This document shows, one piece after another, positions 1 through 9,979 of a stretch of DNA of 64,000 bases. The notes under the pieces are model-generated. The model worked only from the letters and a program-made list of their open reading frames with translations. It did no database searches and was not told the origin of the DNA. Positions within the stretch are counted from its first letter, which is position 1. Each line of letters begins with the position of its first letter. The DNA is from Thermodesulfovibrionia bacterium (lineage in GTDB: Bacteria; Nitrospirota; Thermodesulfovibrionia; UBA6902), in the NCBI GenBank assembly GCA_947259645.1, contig CAMYND010000012.1, positions 20,793 to 84,792 of the forward strand. The letters run 5' to 3'. The translations under genes were made by a program, and so were the position numbers.

Positions 1-405
1 AAGTACGATCTGGGTAATGATATGCTTAAATTTGTTCGAAGCAACTCCGGATTTTGATTCCTCTTCCTCTTTCAGTTCAACGGTATGATGAATCTCGGTA
101 ACGGCTTTCCACAAAAGGAACAGCCCTCCTGCCAGAAGAATCAAATCCCTGACTGAAAAGTTGAGAATTACAGGTTCTGTCAGGCTGGCGAGGGTAATGA
201 TCACAAATAACATTGCTATCCGCGCCAGCATCGCAATGCTTAATCCTATGATTCTCGCTCTGTTTCTCTGCGATTCTTCAAGACGCTCTACAAAGATTGC
301 AATGACCAGAACATTGTCTACCCCCAATACCAGTTCAAGTCCTATAAGCAGTGAAAGTAGTGCAATTGAATCAACGATGGCAACCTCCTTTAGGCTGAGC
401 CCTTA
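1..405 (-). CDS. TerC-family integral membrane protein, N-terminal part (C-terminus runs off the window start); start codon not resolved
   Basis: Minus-strand translation gives ...[61 protein letters not shown]..., matching the TerC/YegH signature (LxLGxDNxxxIA ... RxRxxGL). An AAGGAGG RBS lies near 384-390 but no canonical start codon is in frame, so the start coordinate is approximate. Confidence 0.5.
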
Positions 406-408
406 CAA

Positions 409-1029
409 TTATGATGCATCTGAAGATATTTTTTTATTATATGCCTCAATCAGTACAGATGACCCGGCACCGCAGCTGATAATCGACCTCATTGCGCTCT
501 CAATCGGAACGTCGACCGGGTGGACATATTCAGCCTTTAAATGATAAATATTGCCTGATGTGGGGTTGGGGCCTGTAGGAACAAAGACCGAAAACGTGCT
601 GTCTGAATGTGAGTCTGTAATAAAGGCGGTCATCAGGGTCTCGGTACCGAAGAGCTGGACAAGGGCAACAGAGGAAAAGGGTGATTTTCTTTTCCCGATG
701 AACTGCATCACTGTTTCCTTTATCATTCTGTAGCCCGGCGCAATTTTCAGAATATAGGTTTCCAGATTATCATGAATAAATCTGCCTATTTTCGTTTTTA
801 CCGCGAGGCCGACGACAAAGCAGACCGTAAGTATGATTGCCAGAACGAACAGGTCGGCCAGCACCTCTCGCAACTGGGACTTTGCCATGACCAGGGTGGA
901 CAATGGCTGGATAATATCAGTTACAATGCCAAATATCCATTTAAAAATGAAAATAAGTATTGCGGAAGGAAGGATAACGGCCACCCCTCCGAGAAGAGAT
1001 GTCTTAATCAATGACTTTAATTTTATCAT
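409..1029 (-). CDS. DUF502 family membrane protein
   Basis: 206 aa. N-terminus MIKLKSLIKTSLLGGVAVILPSAILIFIFKWIFGIVTDIIQPL is typical of DUF502 proteins (two N-terminal TM helices, conserved LP motif). Confidence 0.5.
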   Translation of the reverse strand: MIKLKSLIKTSLLGGVAVILPSAILIFIFKWIFGIVTDIIQPLSTLVMAKSQLREVLADLFVLAIILTVCFVVGLAVKTKIGRFIHDNLETYILKIAPGYRMIKETVMQFIGKRKSPFSSVALVQLFGTETLMTAFITDSHSDSTFSVFVPTGPNPTSGNIYHLKAEYVHPVDVPIESAMRSIISCGAGSSVLIEAYNKKISSDAS

Positions 1030-1130
1030 GGTCGCCCTCTCATTTAGTGTCTGTCAAAGTTCAGGATGTTTCAATTTAAACACCCTTAACAGTTGACAGC
1101 TCAACATTATGTATATACTAATATACCTTT

Positions 1131-4100
1131 TCATTTCAACCGGAGAAGGTCTTTGAAAAATGGACGGATCTTCTCAACCAGCTCATATTCAGCGGGCACA
1201 ACAAGGAGTGTAAGGATCGTAGCGCTCGATAGTCCGGTACAAAAGGCCGTTGCCATTGGAGACCATGAGATTGATTTGCTGGGAATTCCAATAGCCATTG
1301 GAAGCAGGCCGAGGATTGTTGTAACCGTTGTTATGAGGACAGGCCTCATCCTGTGACTGCATGCCTCTATCACTGCTGCACGCATCTCTTTGCCCTCTCT
1401 TCGCCTGACATTTATGAAATCGATCAGTATCAGTGAATCATTGACCGCAACGCCTGCAAGACCGACTACAGCAAGAAAACTTCCGACTGTGAAGGGTGAT
1501 CTGCTGATCAACATGCCGAAAGAGACGCCGATAATGGCAAAGGCAACGGCAGAAATGATGATTATCGGCTGGAAGTAATCCTTGAACTGGGAGGCTAGTA
1601 TTACATAGATGCAAAGTATCGCGATAAAGAAGGCAAAGGTAAGGGACATGTATGACCTGGATGTGGATTCATATTCACCGCCAAAACTGATAGTTACTCC
1701 CGGATGCCTGTAAGCGATAGTTCGAAAAAAATCTTTGACACGCATCTGAACCCGCCCCGGGGAAAGTTTTGATCCGGACGTAATATCAGCGGTAATTGTT
1801 ATTGTCGGCTGTCCATTATATCTGGATTTCATATCAGGCTCATAACTGTAGCGCATGTCTGTGATATCCCTGAGATAAACAGGGGAGGAGCTGTGCTCAA
1901 TGACAGGTACATCCAGTATATCTGAAGGGTCTGAAATGCCGGATTTCCTGAAATTCCCAACATCGTCCTTTCTTGCCAGCCGCACAAGAAGATCTATCTC
2001 TTCGTCAGAAGACCGATAACCTCCAGCATAGCGGCCATTTAACGTGCCTGCCACTATCGTTGTTATGTCTCGCGGAGAGAGATTGTACTCATAGGCTGCC
2101 TCCTGCTTCGGGGCATACTTTACAACTTTCTGTGGAGATGCCCTGTTATCAGTTAAATCCTCGAGCGGTTGAAACTCTTTGTCTTTTCGAAGGAACTGCA
2201 TTATGTCGTCTGCCGCACCTGAAGCCTCATTTACTGTGTTCCCAAGGACCCGTATATTGACAGCCTTTCCAACCGGGGGGCCGGTATTTTCAGGGAAAAT
2301 ACGGATAAAGGGCCTCTGGGAGGGGTCCGGGTAGTTTTCGTCTAAATACTCATGCAGATTCCCCCGTACGAATTCCAGGTGTTTCATAAGATCGTTATCA
2401 GGGTTTTCCGGGAAGTCCTTGTTCTTTTCATCAGGCAGTGTGACTACTATCTGACCATAGTGATGGCCCCTGTGAAGACTGTAATCCTCATCCTCATATC
2501 TTCCTGATGTTCCTGCAACAGCACTGGCCTGATGGGGCCCCTGCGAATAGATAAATCTGGACATGTCCCGGATTGTCTCATTCGTCTTTTCAATCGAAGT
2601 TCCCCGGGGCATGGTTATCGGGATGTGATACCTGAAAAAGCTTGACGGAAAAAACTCTACCTTAATGAGAGGGACGATGCCGGTGATTGAGAGTACCAGG
2701 ATCGCGACCGCAATTAAAAAAACTATGAAGAGTATGAAAAGGGTCTTAACCTTGTGGGCAAGGAGAGTATTCAGTAACGCGTTGTATTTCTTCCATATAA
2801 AGGCGAAGACACCTGAGGTGAGATGACTGGCTCTCTTTTTTACGTTTATACCAGAAAGGCCGCCTTTTTGAGGTCCCCAGTCATGGAGGTGTACCGGCAG
2901 GATAAAAAGCGCTTCCAGTAGTGATGCTGCAAGGGCAAAAGATACCGCTTTTGGAATAACTGAGAAGAATTCACCGGTGCTTCCTGTCATGATCAGCATC
3001 GGAACAAAAGCCACGACTGTGGTAAGTGCTGAACTGAAAACCGGGAGCATTACCTCTGAAACACCATCTACAATAGCATCAACAGAGGCTTTGCCGGCCT
3101 GGAAATGGCGATAGACATTTTCCAGAATAATGACAGCATCGTCAACAATTATTCCAGAGACGAGAACAAAGGAAAATATGCTGATCGTGTTTATCGAGAC
3201 CTCGGTAAAATGCATCATTATCGCTACGCACAGAAAAGCAAAAGGCAGCCCAATGGCGGTCAGCATGGCATTTCTGAATCCAAGGGTTCCCCAGAGAACA
3301 GCAACGACAAAAACAATACCAAGAAGCATATTTCCGGTGAGCGTTTTCAGTGAATCATGTATTTCAAGCGTTGAATCCCACGTAAATTGAATGGAGATGC
3401 CGTCCGCCCTGTGCAGGGATTCAAACTGGCCGGAAAGTTCTTTTACCTTTTCAGCGATTGTTACTGAGTTGCCGTTGTCTTCTTTTTTCACAAGGAGACT
3501 GATGGCGTTTTTCCCGTTGACGGAATAAAGGATATCAGGATCCCTGTGGCTGACTTTGGCAGTTGTGACTATGTCCCGAACCCTGATAAAATTACCGTCT
3601 CCGTCACGACGGACAATAATATTCAGCACTTCTTCCTGGGAAGACAGGGTTGTCCCGGCTTCAAGCATGTAAGCTGTCTTTCCCTGTCGAAATCGGCCAG
3701 CCGGTATTTTTGTGTTTGCTGATATTATGGACCTGGCAACACTGTCAAAGGTCACTCCGTATTTTCTGAGTGAATCCGGATCAAGTGAGACATGAAATTC
3801 TCGCTTATACTCCCCTGAGAGGCCCACTTCCCTGACGTCGCTTATATTTAAGATATCTGCCTTTAACTCATCGGCAAGAAGTTTCAGGCTCCTGTTGGGG
3901 ACATCACCCACAAGGTCTACTGTTATCACGGGCATCCAGACCTGCGTGTCGATATAGAAAAAATTAGGATCATCAACATCTGCGGGCAGTTCATCCTTGG
4001 TGTTGAGCACCCTGAACCGGAGCTCATCATATAATGACTCATAGTCGGAATCGTCGATGAATTTTACATCAATAACCGAAGAATTGCGTAAAGACTTGGA

Positions 4101-4346
4101 AGCTATATATTCAATGTTTTCAAGCCCGTCCAGCGCGTCTTCAATTTTGGTCGTGACGAGCTTTTCAACATCTTCTGCAGATGCCCCGTAATAAACCGTA
4201 CTGATTATGACCCGGCCCATATCAACGGACGGCATATTTTCTACGGGAGTTGTGAAGAGGCTGTAGACACCGCCAACAATAAGAAGGACGAAAATTACAT
4301 TAAAAAAAACTATCTGTCTAAGCGAAAACCTGACGACTGATTTCAT
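1131..4346 (-). CDS. Efflux RND transporter permease subunit (AcrB/HAE family)
   Basis: 1071 aa, 12-TM architecture with two large periplasmic loops. N-terminus MKSVVRFSLRQIVFFNVIFVLLIVGGVYSLFTTPVENMPSVD and length are typical of AcrB-like proteins. Confidence 0.9.
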   Translation of the reverse strand: MKSVVRFSLRQIVFFNVIFVLLIVGGVYSLFTTPVENMPSVDMGRVIISTVYYGASAEDVEKLVTTKIEDALDGLENIEYIASKSLRNSSVIDVKFIDDSDYESLYDELRFRVLNTKDELPADVDDPNFFYIDTQVWMPVITVDLVGDVPNRSLKLLADELKADILNISDVREVGLSGEYKREFHVSLDPDSLRKYGVTFDSVARSIISANTKIPAGRFRQGKTAYMLEAGTTLSSQEEVLNIIVRRDGDGNFIRVRDIVTTAKVSHRDPDILYSVNGKNAISLLVKKEDNGNSVTIAEKVKELSGQFESLHRADGISIQFTWDSTLEIHDSLKTLTGNMLLGIVFVVAVLWGTLGFRNAMLTAIGLPFAFLCVAIMMHFTEVSINTISIFSFVLVSGIIVDDAVIILENVYRHFQAGKASVDAIVDGVSEVMLPVFSSALTTVVAFVPMLIMTGSTGEFFSVIPKAVSFALAASLLEALFILPVHLHDWGPQKGGLSGINVKKRASHLTSGVFAFIWKKYNALLNTLLAHKVKTLFILFIVFLIAVAILVLSITGIVPLIKVEFFPSSFFRYHIPITMPRGTSIEKTNETIRDMSRFIYSQGPHQASAVAGTSGRYEDEDYSLHRGHHYGQIVVTLPDEKNKDFPENPDNDLMKHLEFVRGNLHEYLDENYPDPSQRPFIRIFPENTGPPVGKAVNIRVLGNTVNEASGAADDIMQFLRKDKEFQPLEDLTDNRASPQKVVKYAPKQEAAYEYNLSPRDITTIVAGTLNGRYAGGYRSSDEEIDLLVRLARKDDVGNFRKSGISDPSDILDVPVIEHSSSPVYLRDITDMRYSYEPDMKSRYNGQPTITITADITSGSKLSPGRVQMRVKDFFRTIAYRHPGVTISFGGEYESTSRSYMSLTFAFFIAILCIYVILASQFKDYFQPIIIISAVAFAIIGVSFGMLISRSPFTVGSFLAVVGLAGVAVNDSLILIDFINVRRREGKEMRAAVIEACSHRMRPVLITTVTTILGLLPMAIGIPSKSISWSPMATAFCTGLSSATILTLLVVPAEYELVEKIRPFFKDLLRLK

Positions 4347-4385
4347 TCATCTCCCTTTCAGAGAAGTTCCCGCGCTGCAAGAAAA

Positions 4386-5414
4386 TCAAAAATTATTTCC
4401 CTGCGGAAGAAGTTCTGTGCCGGGCTTGAGCCGGTCATCTTCTCCTGCAATGAGGTGATCTCCCTCATCTCCCAGAACAAGCAAATTAACGACCTCTTCA
4501 GTCTGCCGAATAATGACGGCAGGATTTTCATAACGCAGTGACACCGCTTTTTTCGGCACATAAATGCCGGCGGAACTGACGTTCAGGGGAAGCAAAAACT
4601 TCAGGCCGCCTCTATTCTCATCAGGATATTCTGTTATAAGGATTTCAATTGTGATTTTTCGGGTGAGTTCATCAAATTGAGGGTTGACCCAGTTGAGAGA
4701 AGCCCTGACCTGAATGCCCTGGAGAGTAGCATGAAAGGGGCTCGGCAGCGCGGAAATTGTGGACAGCTCCTCATGAGAAACAGATAACGGTACGACCAGT
4801 TTTCTGTAGTCAGAAACCTCTGCCAATGGTGTTCCGGGCTGAACCACTTCGCCTTCTTCAATGTCCCGCTTTGTAACAATCCATCCCCGGGGCGCAGATA
4901 TTTTATGACGCCTTCTGCGCTCTCTCAGATCATCCAGGGTCGTGCTTAACAGGGCTTGTTCACTCAGTGCCGATTGAAGCTCAAGATCTGCCTGGTCAAA
5001 GCGCTGCCTGGCTCTGTCCAGATCAGCTTCTGTGGCAAGCTTGTCCTCAAAAAGAGTAGAGATTCTTTTATGCTCTTTTTCAAGATATGATGCCTGAGAC
5101 CGGGCTTTTTTGATCGCAATCTCGTTTTTTTTAATAGACCTGGAAGTGCGTTCTAATTCGTAGTCAATAAAAGCGGTGTCTATCTCTATAAATGGTTTGG
5201 TACCAATGGTCTGACCAATATCATAATGGACGCTCATTACTTTTCCGGCAACCTCCGATGATACTCTTTGCGAATTGATATGACGGGTATAGCCGGTCAG
5301 TACTATTTCCTTGCGGGCTTCTGTAACAATCAGTTTATCTTCACCGTAGACTGACGTGAAAATCAACAGGAGGGAGATGGGGATAAGAGAAATGTAGTGC
5401 CTTAATACGTTCAT
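4386..5414 (-). CDS. Efflux RND transporter periplasmic adaptor subunit (HlyD/MFP family)
   Basis: 342 aa with an N-terminal signal/anchor, a coiled-coil hairpin region (ELERTSRSIKKNEIAIKKARSQASYLEKEHKR...) and beta-barrel domains. Sits 39 nt upstream of the RND permease, in operon order. Confidence 0.85.
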   Translation of the reverse strand: MNVLRHYISLIPISLLLIFTSVYGEDKLIVTEARKEIVLTGYTRHINSQRVSSEVAGKVMSVHYDIGQTIGTKPFIEIDTAFIDYELERTSRSIKKNEIAIKKARSQASYLEKEHKRISTLFEDKLATEADLDRARQRFDQADLELQSALSEQALLSTTLDDLRERRRRHKISAPRGWIVTKRDIEEGEVVQPGTPLAEVSDYRKLVVPLSVSHEELSTISALPSPFHATLQGIQVRASLNWVNPQFDELTRKITIEILITEYPDENRGGLKFLLPLNVSSAGIYVPKKAVSLRYENPAVIIRQTEEVVNLLVLGDEGDHLIAGEDDRLKPGTELLPQGNNF

Positions 5415-5777
5415 TTGAGCGGCTGCAAAGAGGTTAAGATAAATTGTTAAATTGTCACTTGTTGAAAATGCGCTTGCAGCTGGTTCCTGTTGTCCCTGAA
5501 TTAATCATAACATTACCCTAATTACAGTAAAAAAAACAACGGGTTCAGACATGAAAGCGGGGATCTGTCGATTGACCTGAAAAACTGTGATATACTTTCA
5601 TTAAGATATGTAAGAATGTTAATCGGAATATTTGATATTCAGGCAATATGACTTTCTACGAATCTCTATCGGAAGATTCTTCTGCAGAAACAATCAGCAG
5701 TATCACTACAATATCAAGGTCAATGTTAACGTCATTGAAGAGCTGCGTTTCTTGTCTGCCAAATAAAAGGAGGGAAG

Positions 5778-6284
5778 ATGAAAATAAGAAAACCTCAGAT
5801 GAGTAATACGAGAAAAAGCATGGATTCAACAGCTGATCCCTACCTGACAGCTGAAAAAATAAACGGTGACGCAGTTTGTAAAAAATGCCAGGCTGTTTAT
5901 CATAATAAAAGATGGTCAGCTGATCAGGATTTATATAAAAATATAAAGGAGCAGAAAAATATACATCTGGTTCTTTGTTCTGCATGCAGGAAAGTAAAAG
6001 ACAATTTCCCGGGAGGAATATTAAAAATTAAAGGCGATTTCTACTCTGAGCATGAGGAAGATATTATGAACCTTATCAGGAATGAAGAAAAGCGGGCACA
6101 GGGTTTTAACCCCCTTGAGAGGATAATGGAGATAAGCACTACCCCGGCCGGGGTGGAAATCACCACAACAAATGAAAAACTCACGCAGAAAATAGGAAAG
6201 AGTATACAGAGAGCCTACCAGGGAAGGCTTCAATATAAATGGTCTGATGGCACCAAATTGTTACGGGCAGAGTGGCAGAGATAA
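5778..6284 (+). CDS. Hypothetical zinc-ribbon protein (CxxC...CxxC)
   Basis: 168 aa with CKKCQAVYHNKRW ... LCSACRK, i.e. two CxxC pairs forming a treble-clef-like metal site. No confident family assignment. Confidence 0.4.
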   Translation: MKIRKPQMSNTRKSMDSTADPYLTAEKINGDAVCKKCQAVYHNKRWSADQDLYKNIKEQKNIHLVLCSACRKVKDNFPGGILKIKGDFYSEHEEDIMNLIRNEEKRAQGFNPLERIMEISTTPAGVEITTTNEKLTQKIGKSIQRAYQGRLQYKWSDGTKLLRAEWQR

Positions 6285-6359
6285 ACAGTTTGGGTAAAAG
6301 AAAAAATCGAAATAATGGTATGGATAGTATGAGTTTCATACAGAATCAGCAATAACCTG

Positions 6360-7313
6360 ATGAGGGCTCTTGTATTCAATGAAAAACTTGAGTTCAGGAC
6401 GGATCACCCTGTGCCTGATATTGCTGAACATGATGCACTGGTTAAAGTGACTTATGCCGGGATATGCAATACTGATCTTGAAATTACAAAGGGTTATATG
6501 AATTTTCAGGGTATTCCCGGGCATGAGTTTGTTGGCGTTGTCGAGAAATCGGGTAAGAAAGAAATTGAAGGGAAACGGGTTGCCGGCGAGATCAATGTTG
6601 CCTGCGGTACCTGTGATTTCTGCAAAAGAAATTTGCAGAGACATTGCCGCAACCGCTCTGTACTGGGAATTTTGGGGAAAAATGGTGTCTTTGCTGATTA
6701 TACAACCCTGCCCATATCAAACCTTCATCTGCTGCCCGATTCTATCTCAGACCAGGAAGCGGTGTTTATTGAACCGCTGGCTGCTGCATATGAAATACTG
6801 GAGCAGATCAATATCGTACCGGACCATAAAGTGTGTGTTCTGGGAGACGGGAAACTCGGTCTTCTCATTGCCCAGGTAATCTCTTTAACGGATTGCAATC
6901 TGATTGCCGTTGGAAACCACAGCGAAAAACTATCGATCCTTGACGAGATAGGGATCAAAACTCGACTGGCTTCTTCTTTCAATGATGAGGGCTTTGACAT
7001 TGTTATCGATTGTACCGGATCCACAACAGGGCTTAAAACCGCCTTACGCATTGTCAGACCCAGAGGTGTTGTTGTTCTCAAAACAACAGTCGCACGAAAG
7101 AATATTGTTGACCTGACATCAATTGTAGTGAATGAGATTACACTGATAGGCTCCCGATGCGGTCCCTTTCTCCCTGCAATAAAGGCTATAGAATCACGGA
7201 ACATTGATCTCTATCCCCTGATCAGCAGGGAATTCAGCATTGAAGAAGGGGTACAGGCTTTTCAGTATGCGGCCCGGAAAGATGTCATGAAAGTGATGTT
7301 CAGGATGTCATAG
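6360..7313 (+). CDS. Zinc-dependent alcohol dehydrogenase family protein (MDR superfamily, Tdh/sorbitol-DH-like)
   Basis: 317 aa with GICNTDLEITKGYMNFQGIPGHEFVGVV (catalytic Zn ligands Cys/His), structural Zn cysteines CGTCDFCKRNLQRHC and a Rossmann motif VLGDGKLGLL. Confidence 0.8.
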   Translation: MRALVFNEKLEFRTDHPVPDIAEHDALVKVTYAGICNTDLEITKGYMNFQGIPGHEFVGVVEKSGKKEIEGKRVAGEINVACGTCDFCKRNLQRHCRNRSVLGILGKNGVFADYTTLPISNLHLLPDSISDQEAVFIEPLAAAYEILEQINIVPDHKVCVLGDGKLGLLIAQVISLTDCNLIAVGNHSEKLSILDEIGIKTRLASSFNDEGFDIVIDCTGSTTGLKTALRIVRPRGVVVLKTTVARKNIVDLTSIVVNEITLIGSRCGPFLPAIKAIESRNIDLYPLISREFSIEEGVQAFQYAARKDVMKVMFRMS

Positions 7314-7317
7314 GGCC

Positions 7318-8328
7318 CTATTTCCAGACACCTTCAATTGCTCCCTTGCAGCTTGGGCAGGCATTGTTTGTAATGGTGTTCTGCAGCACCTTGAAGCCAT
7401 ATCGTTCAACTGCGAGAGTATTACATGAAGGACAATAGGTGTTTTCTGATCCTCTGCCGGGCAGATTGCCTTCATAAATGTATTTCAGGCCCTTCTTTTT
7501 CCCGATATCACCTGCATGCCTGATGCTTTCAATTGTTGTTGGCGGCTTGTCTTTGAGCAGATATGTCGGGTAAAAACGGCTTACATGCCAGGGAATTGCG
7601 GTGTCAACAGAGCTGATAAAATTCACTATCTCGTCCAGGTCTTTATCTGAGTCATTATGGTCAGGAATGATGAGCGTCGTGACTTCAACCCAGACCCCCA
7701 GCTCTTTCATCAATTTAATTGTGTTCTGAACAGGTCTGAGACGTGCACCGCAAATGTTTTTGTAAAACATGTCGCTTCCCTTCAAGTCAATATTATTGGC
7801 GTCAAGGTAAGGGGCAATAATTCTGGCAGCTTCAGCGCTGGTATACCCGTTGCTGACAAAGATATTTTTTATCCCATTTTCATGGGCCAGTTTTGCACAG
7901 TCGAACGCAAATTCGAAAAAAATCGTCGGTTCTGTATAGGTGTAGGATATGCTTTTACAGTTATTCTCCAGGGCCGCCTCGACCACCTCTTCGGGCGTGG
8001 TCGCGCTGCCGGGGATCGAGAACGCGCCTTTTTCCGGGAATTGTGATATTTCATAATTCTGACAATGCTGGCATTTGAAATTACAGCCAGCAGTGGCAAT
8101 GGACAGGGATGAGGATTCGGGGAGGAAGTGGAAGAGTGGTTTCTTTTCAATGGGGTCAATGTTGAGAGATATCAGTTTTCCGTATACCAGGCTGTACAAG
8201 GTACCATCCCTGTTTTCACGAACTGCACATATTCCGCGGTCTCTGTTATGAATGAGGCAGTTATGAGCACACAAATGGCATCGTACATCAGTACCCTCCA
8301 GTTTTTCATAGATCATTGCTTCTTTCAT
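7318..8328 (-). CDS. AmmeMemoRadiSam-system radical SAM enzyme (PflA-like activase family)
   Basis: 336 aa. N-terminal Cys cluster (RCHLCAHNCLI...GICAVREN), a radical SAM CxxxCxxC-type motif (GCNFKCQHCQN) and a C-terminal CPSC...CPSC zinc ribbon, matching the AMMECR1/MEMO1-associated radical SAM family. Confidence 0.7.
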   Translation of the reverse strand: MKEAMIYEKLEGTDVRCHLCAHNCLIHNRDRGICAVRENRDGTLYSLVYGKLISLNIDPIEKKPLFHFLPESSSLSIATAGCNFKCQHCQNYEISQFPEKGAFSIPGSATTPEEVVEAALENNCKSISYTYTEPTIFFEFAFDCAKLAHENGIKNIFVSNGYTSAEAARIIAPYLDANNIDLKGSDMFYKNICGARLRPVQNTIKLMKELGVWVEVTTLIIPDHNDSDKDLDEIVNFISSVDTAIPWHVSRFYPTYLLKDKPPTTIESIRHAGDIGKKKGLKYIYEGNLPGRGSENTYCPSCNTLAVERYGFKVLQNTITNNACPSCKGAIEGVWK

Positions 8329-8436
8329 AATTCAATTATATCAGGATGAACAATAATGTAAATAAACTTCGCTCCGCTGTGATATTATCTCAGATATAAA
8401 GAGAGCCTATGGGAATGAGTAGCTGTTATTTTGTAA

Positions 8437-8464
8437 TTGACAAACTTCCTCACTCTGGTAGAAT
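8437..8464 (+). promoter_or_regulatory. Putative sigma70 promoter (TTGACA-N16-TAGAAT) in the divergent region upstream of the rubrerythrin-like gene pair
   Basis: ttgacaaacttcctcactctggtagaat at 8437-8464; consensus -35, near-consensus -10, about 175 nt upstream of the 8640 start. Confidence 0.3.
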
Positions 8465-8639
8465 TCTTAGAAGAGATCATTATGATTTATATCATAGATG
8501 ATATGTGTAACTCATTGTAATATTAGAATGTAAAGAGTTTTTTGAATATAGGTTTTGGTAGAAAGATACATAAGGATTTCAGATCTGATATTTTTTCCTG
8601 TTCCTGATATGATCAGGAGTTGAAAAGGAGATTAAATGT

Positions 8640-9140
8640 ATGATTACCGGAAATGAAGATATGCGCGGGGCTTTGATTGAAGCTTTTCTGATGGAAAAGG
8701 GCACGAAGATATTTTATGCTGAGGCAGCTGAAAAGGCTGTGAAGCCCGAGATCAAGAAGACATTTGAAAAGCTGGCAAAGTGGGAAGAAAAGCATATGGA
8801 TTTTATTCGTTATCTCTATCAGTCCATGGAGGGTGGATTAGAGTTTAAGAGCTTTGATGACTTTGCAACAAAAGCAGCTTCTCCGGAAACAGAAGCGGGA
8901 ATCCCTATTGAAGAGCTGAACGCAAAGCTTGAAAAATATCTCTACACAGATGAAAAAGGGGCACTGAACCTGGCGTTGAAAATCGAAGGGAAGGCATATA
9001 ACCATTACCGCAACCTTGCCGAGAAAGCAGCTGACTCCGGCGCCCAGGTCATTTTTAAGGAGATGGTTGAGCAGGAAACCATGCATATTCAGGAGTTACA
9101 GAAGTTGAAGGCAGAACATTTTGACGCCAACGAACATTAA
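8640..9140 (+). CDS. Rubrerythrin-family ferritin-like diiron protein (no rubredoxin domain)
   Basis: 166 aa. ExxH-type diiron motifs (EKGTKIFYAEAAE ... EEKHMDFI; EGKAYNHYRNLAE ... QETMHIQEL) are typical of the four-helix-bundle rubrerythrin/ferritin-like fold. RBS aaaaggag. Confidence 0.7.
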   Translation: MITGNEDMRGALIEAFLMEKGTKIFYAEAAEKAVKPEIKKTFEKLAKWEEKHMDFIRYLYQSMEGGLEFKSFDDFATKAASPETEAGIPIEELNAKLEKYLYTDEKGALNLALKIEGKAYNHYRNLAEKAADSGAQVIFKEMVEQETMHIQELQKLKAEHFDANEH

Positions 9141-9159
9141 AAAACGGAGGTAAGATTTT

Positions 9160-9645
9160 ATGAACGCAATGGAAGTCGCAAAGAAAATGGAAACAGATGC
9201 AATACGTTTTTACGCGGAGGCTGCTGAGAAAACGCAGCATCCTGCAGGGAAAAAGATGTTTCAGACGATCGTAAAAGATGAAAAGAGACATTTGGAACTT
9301 GTCACGAATATGCTCAAAGGAATGGATGTGCATGTCGGGGATGTCCATCCCATCAAGAATGTGCAGACAGTCTTTGAAGAAATGAAAGATGAAATGATGG
9401 AGAGGGTAAAGGCCACATCTGATGATCTTGAAGCCTTTAAAATCGGAATGGAGATGGAGAAGGAAGGGTTGGAATTTTATAAAAAGCTCCTTTCAGAAGC
9501 AAAAACTGAAAAAGAGAAAGAAATCTATACAAAACTGATGCATGAAGAAGAAGAGCATTACAAGATATTTGCCAATTCATATGAGTTTCTTAACGATACA
9601 GGAAACTGGTACATGTGGGATGAACACACCATTGTTGAGGGATGA
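9160..9645 (+). CDS. Rubrerythrin-family ferritin-like diiron protein (tandem paralog)
   Basis: 161 aa. ETDAIRFYAEAAE ... DEKRHLEL and EKEGLEFYKKL ... EEEHYKIF diiron motifs. RBS ggaggt. Confidence 0.7.
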   Translation: MNAMEVAKKMETDAIRFYAEAAEKTQHPAGKKMFQTIVKDEKRHLELVTNMLKGMDVHVGDVHPIKNVQTVFEEMKDEMMERVKATSDDLEAFKIGMEMEKEGLEFYKKLLSEAKTEKEKEIYTKLMHEEEEHYKIFANSYEFLNDTGNWYMWDEHTIVEG

Positions 9646-9719
9646 TGCCCTGCATCAGCAGGCATTTCTGTAATCAGTTTCTCTTCGATGATTTGTATCT
9701 AAGTAATGGAGGATAGATC

Positions 9720-9968
9720 ATGGCATATTCCAATGTCGCTTTAAAAGATAAAATAATGGAGATGTATCCGGAAATAAGCCAACATGCCATATCTGTGGGT
9801 CTGAACTACAGCGATGACAAAGACGCCTATGTCGTGAAATTCAGGAAGAACCATCATGAACTGGAAACGTTTATCGACAAGAAAGATGCCGATGAATGTC
9901 TGAATGGAGTGAAGTGTATACATCTTGGGGTGAAAATCGGGGAATTTGTCAAAAACTTTGAGTCTTAG
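9720..9968 (+). CDS. Small hypothetical protein (82 aa) preceding the DsrC-like gene
   Basis: Good RBS (ggagg) and compact spacing within the operon. No family recognised. Confidence 0.35.
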   Translation: MAYSNVALKDKIMEMYPEISQHAISVGLNYSDDKDAYVVKFRKNHHELETFIDKKDADECLNGVKCIHLGVKIGEFVKNFES

Positions 9969-9979
9969 GGGGGTGCCGA

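Noticed and set aside
161-544. 127-aa plus-strand ORF at the window start
   Set aside because: It lies antisense to a clear TerC-family membrane gene ([11 protein letters not shown] motif on the minus strand) and has a low-complexity composition. Treated as a shadow ORF.
1093-1356. Short plus-strand ORFs overlapping the 3' end of the RND permease gene (and similar ones at 1390..1578, 1973..2260, 3105..3390)
   Set aside because: They lie antisense within a high-confidence 1071-aa RND transporter with no independent support.
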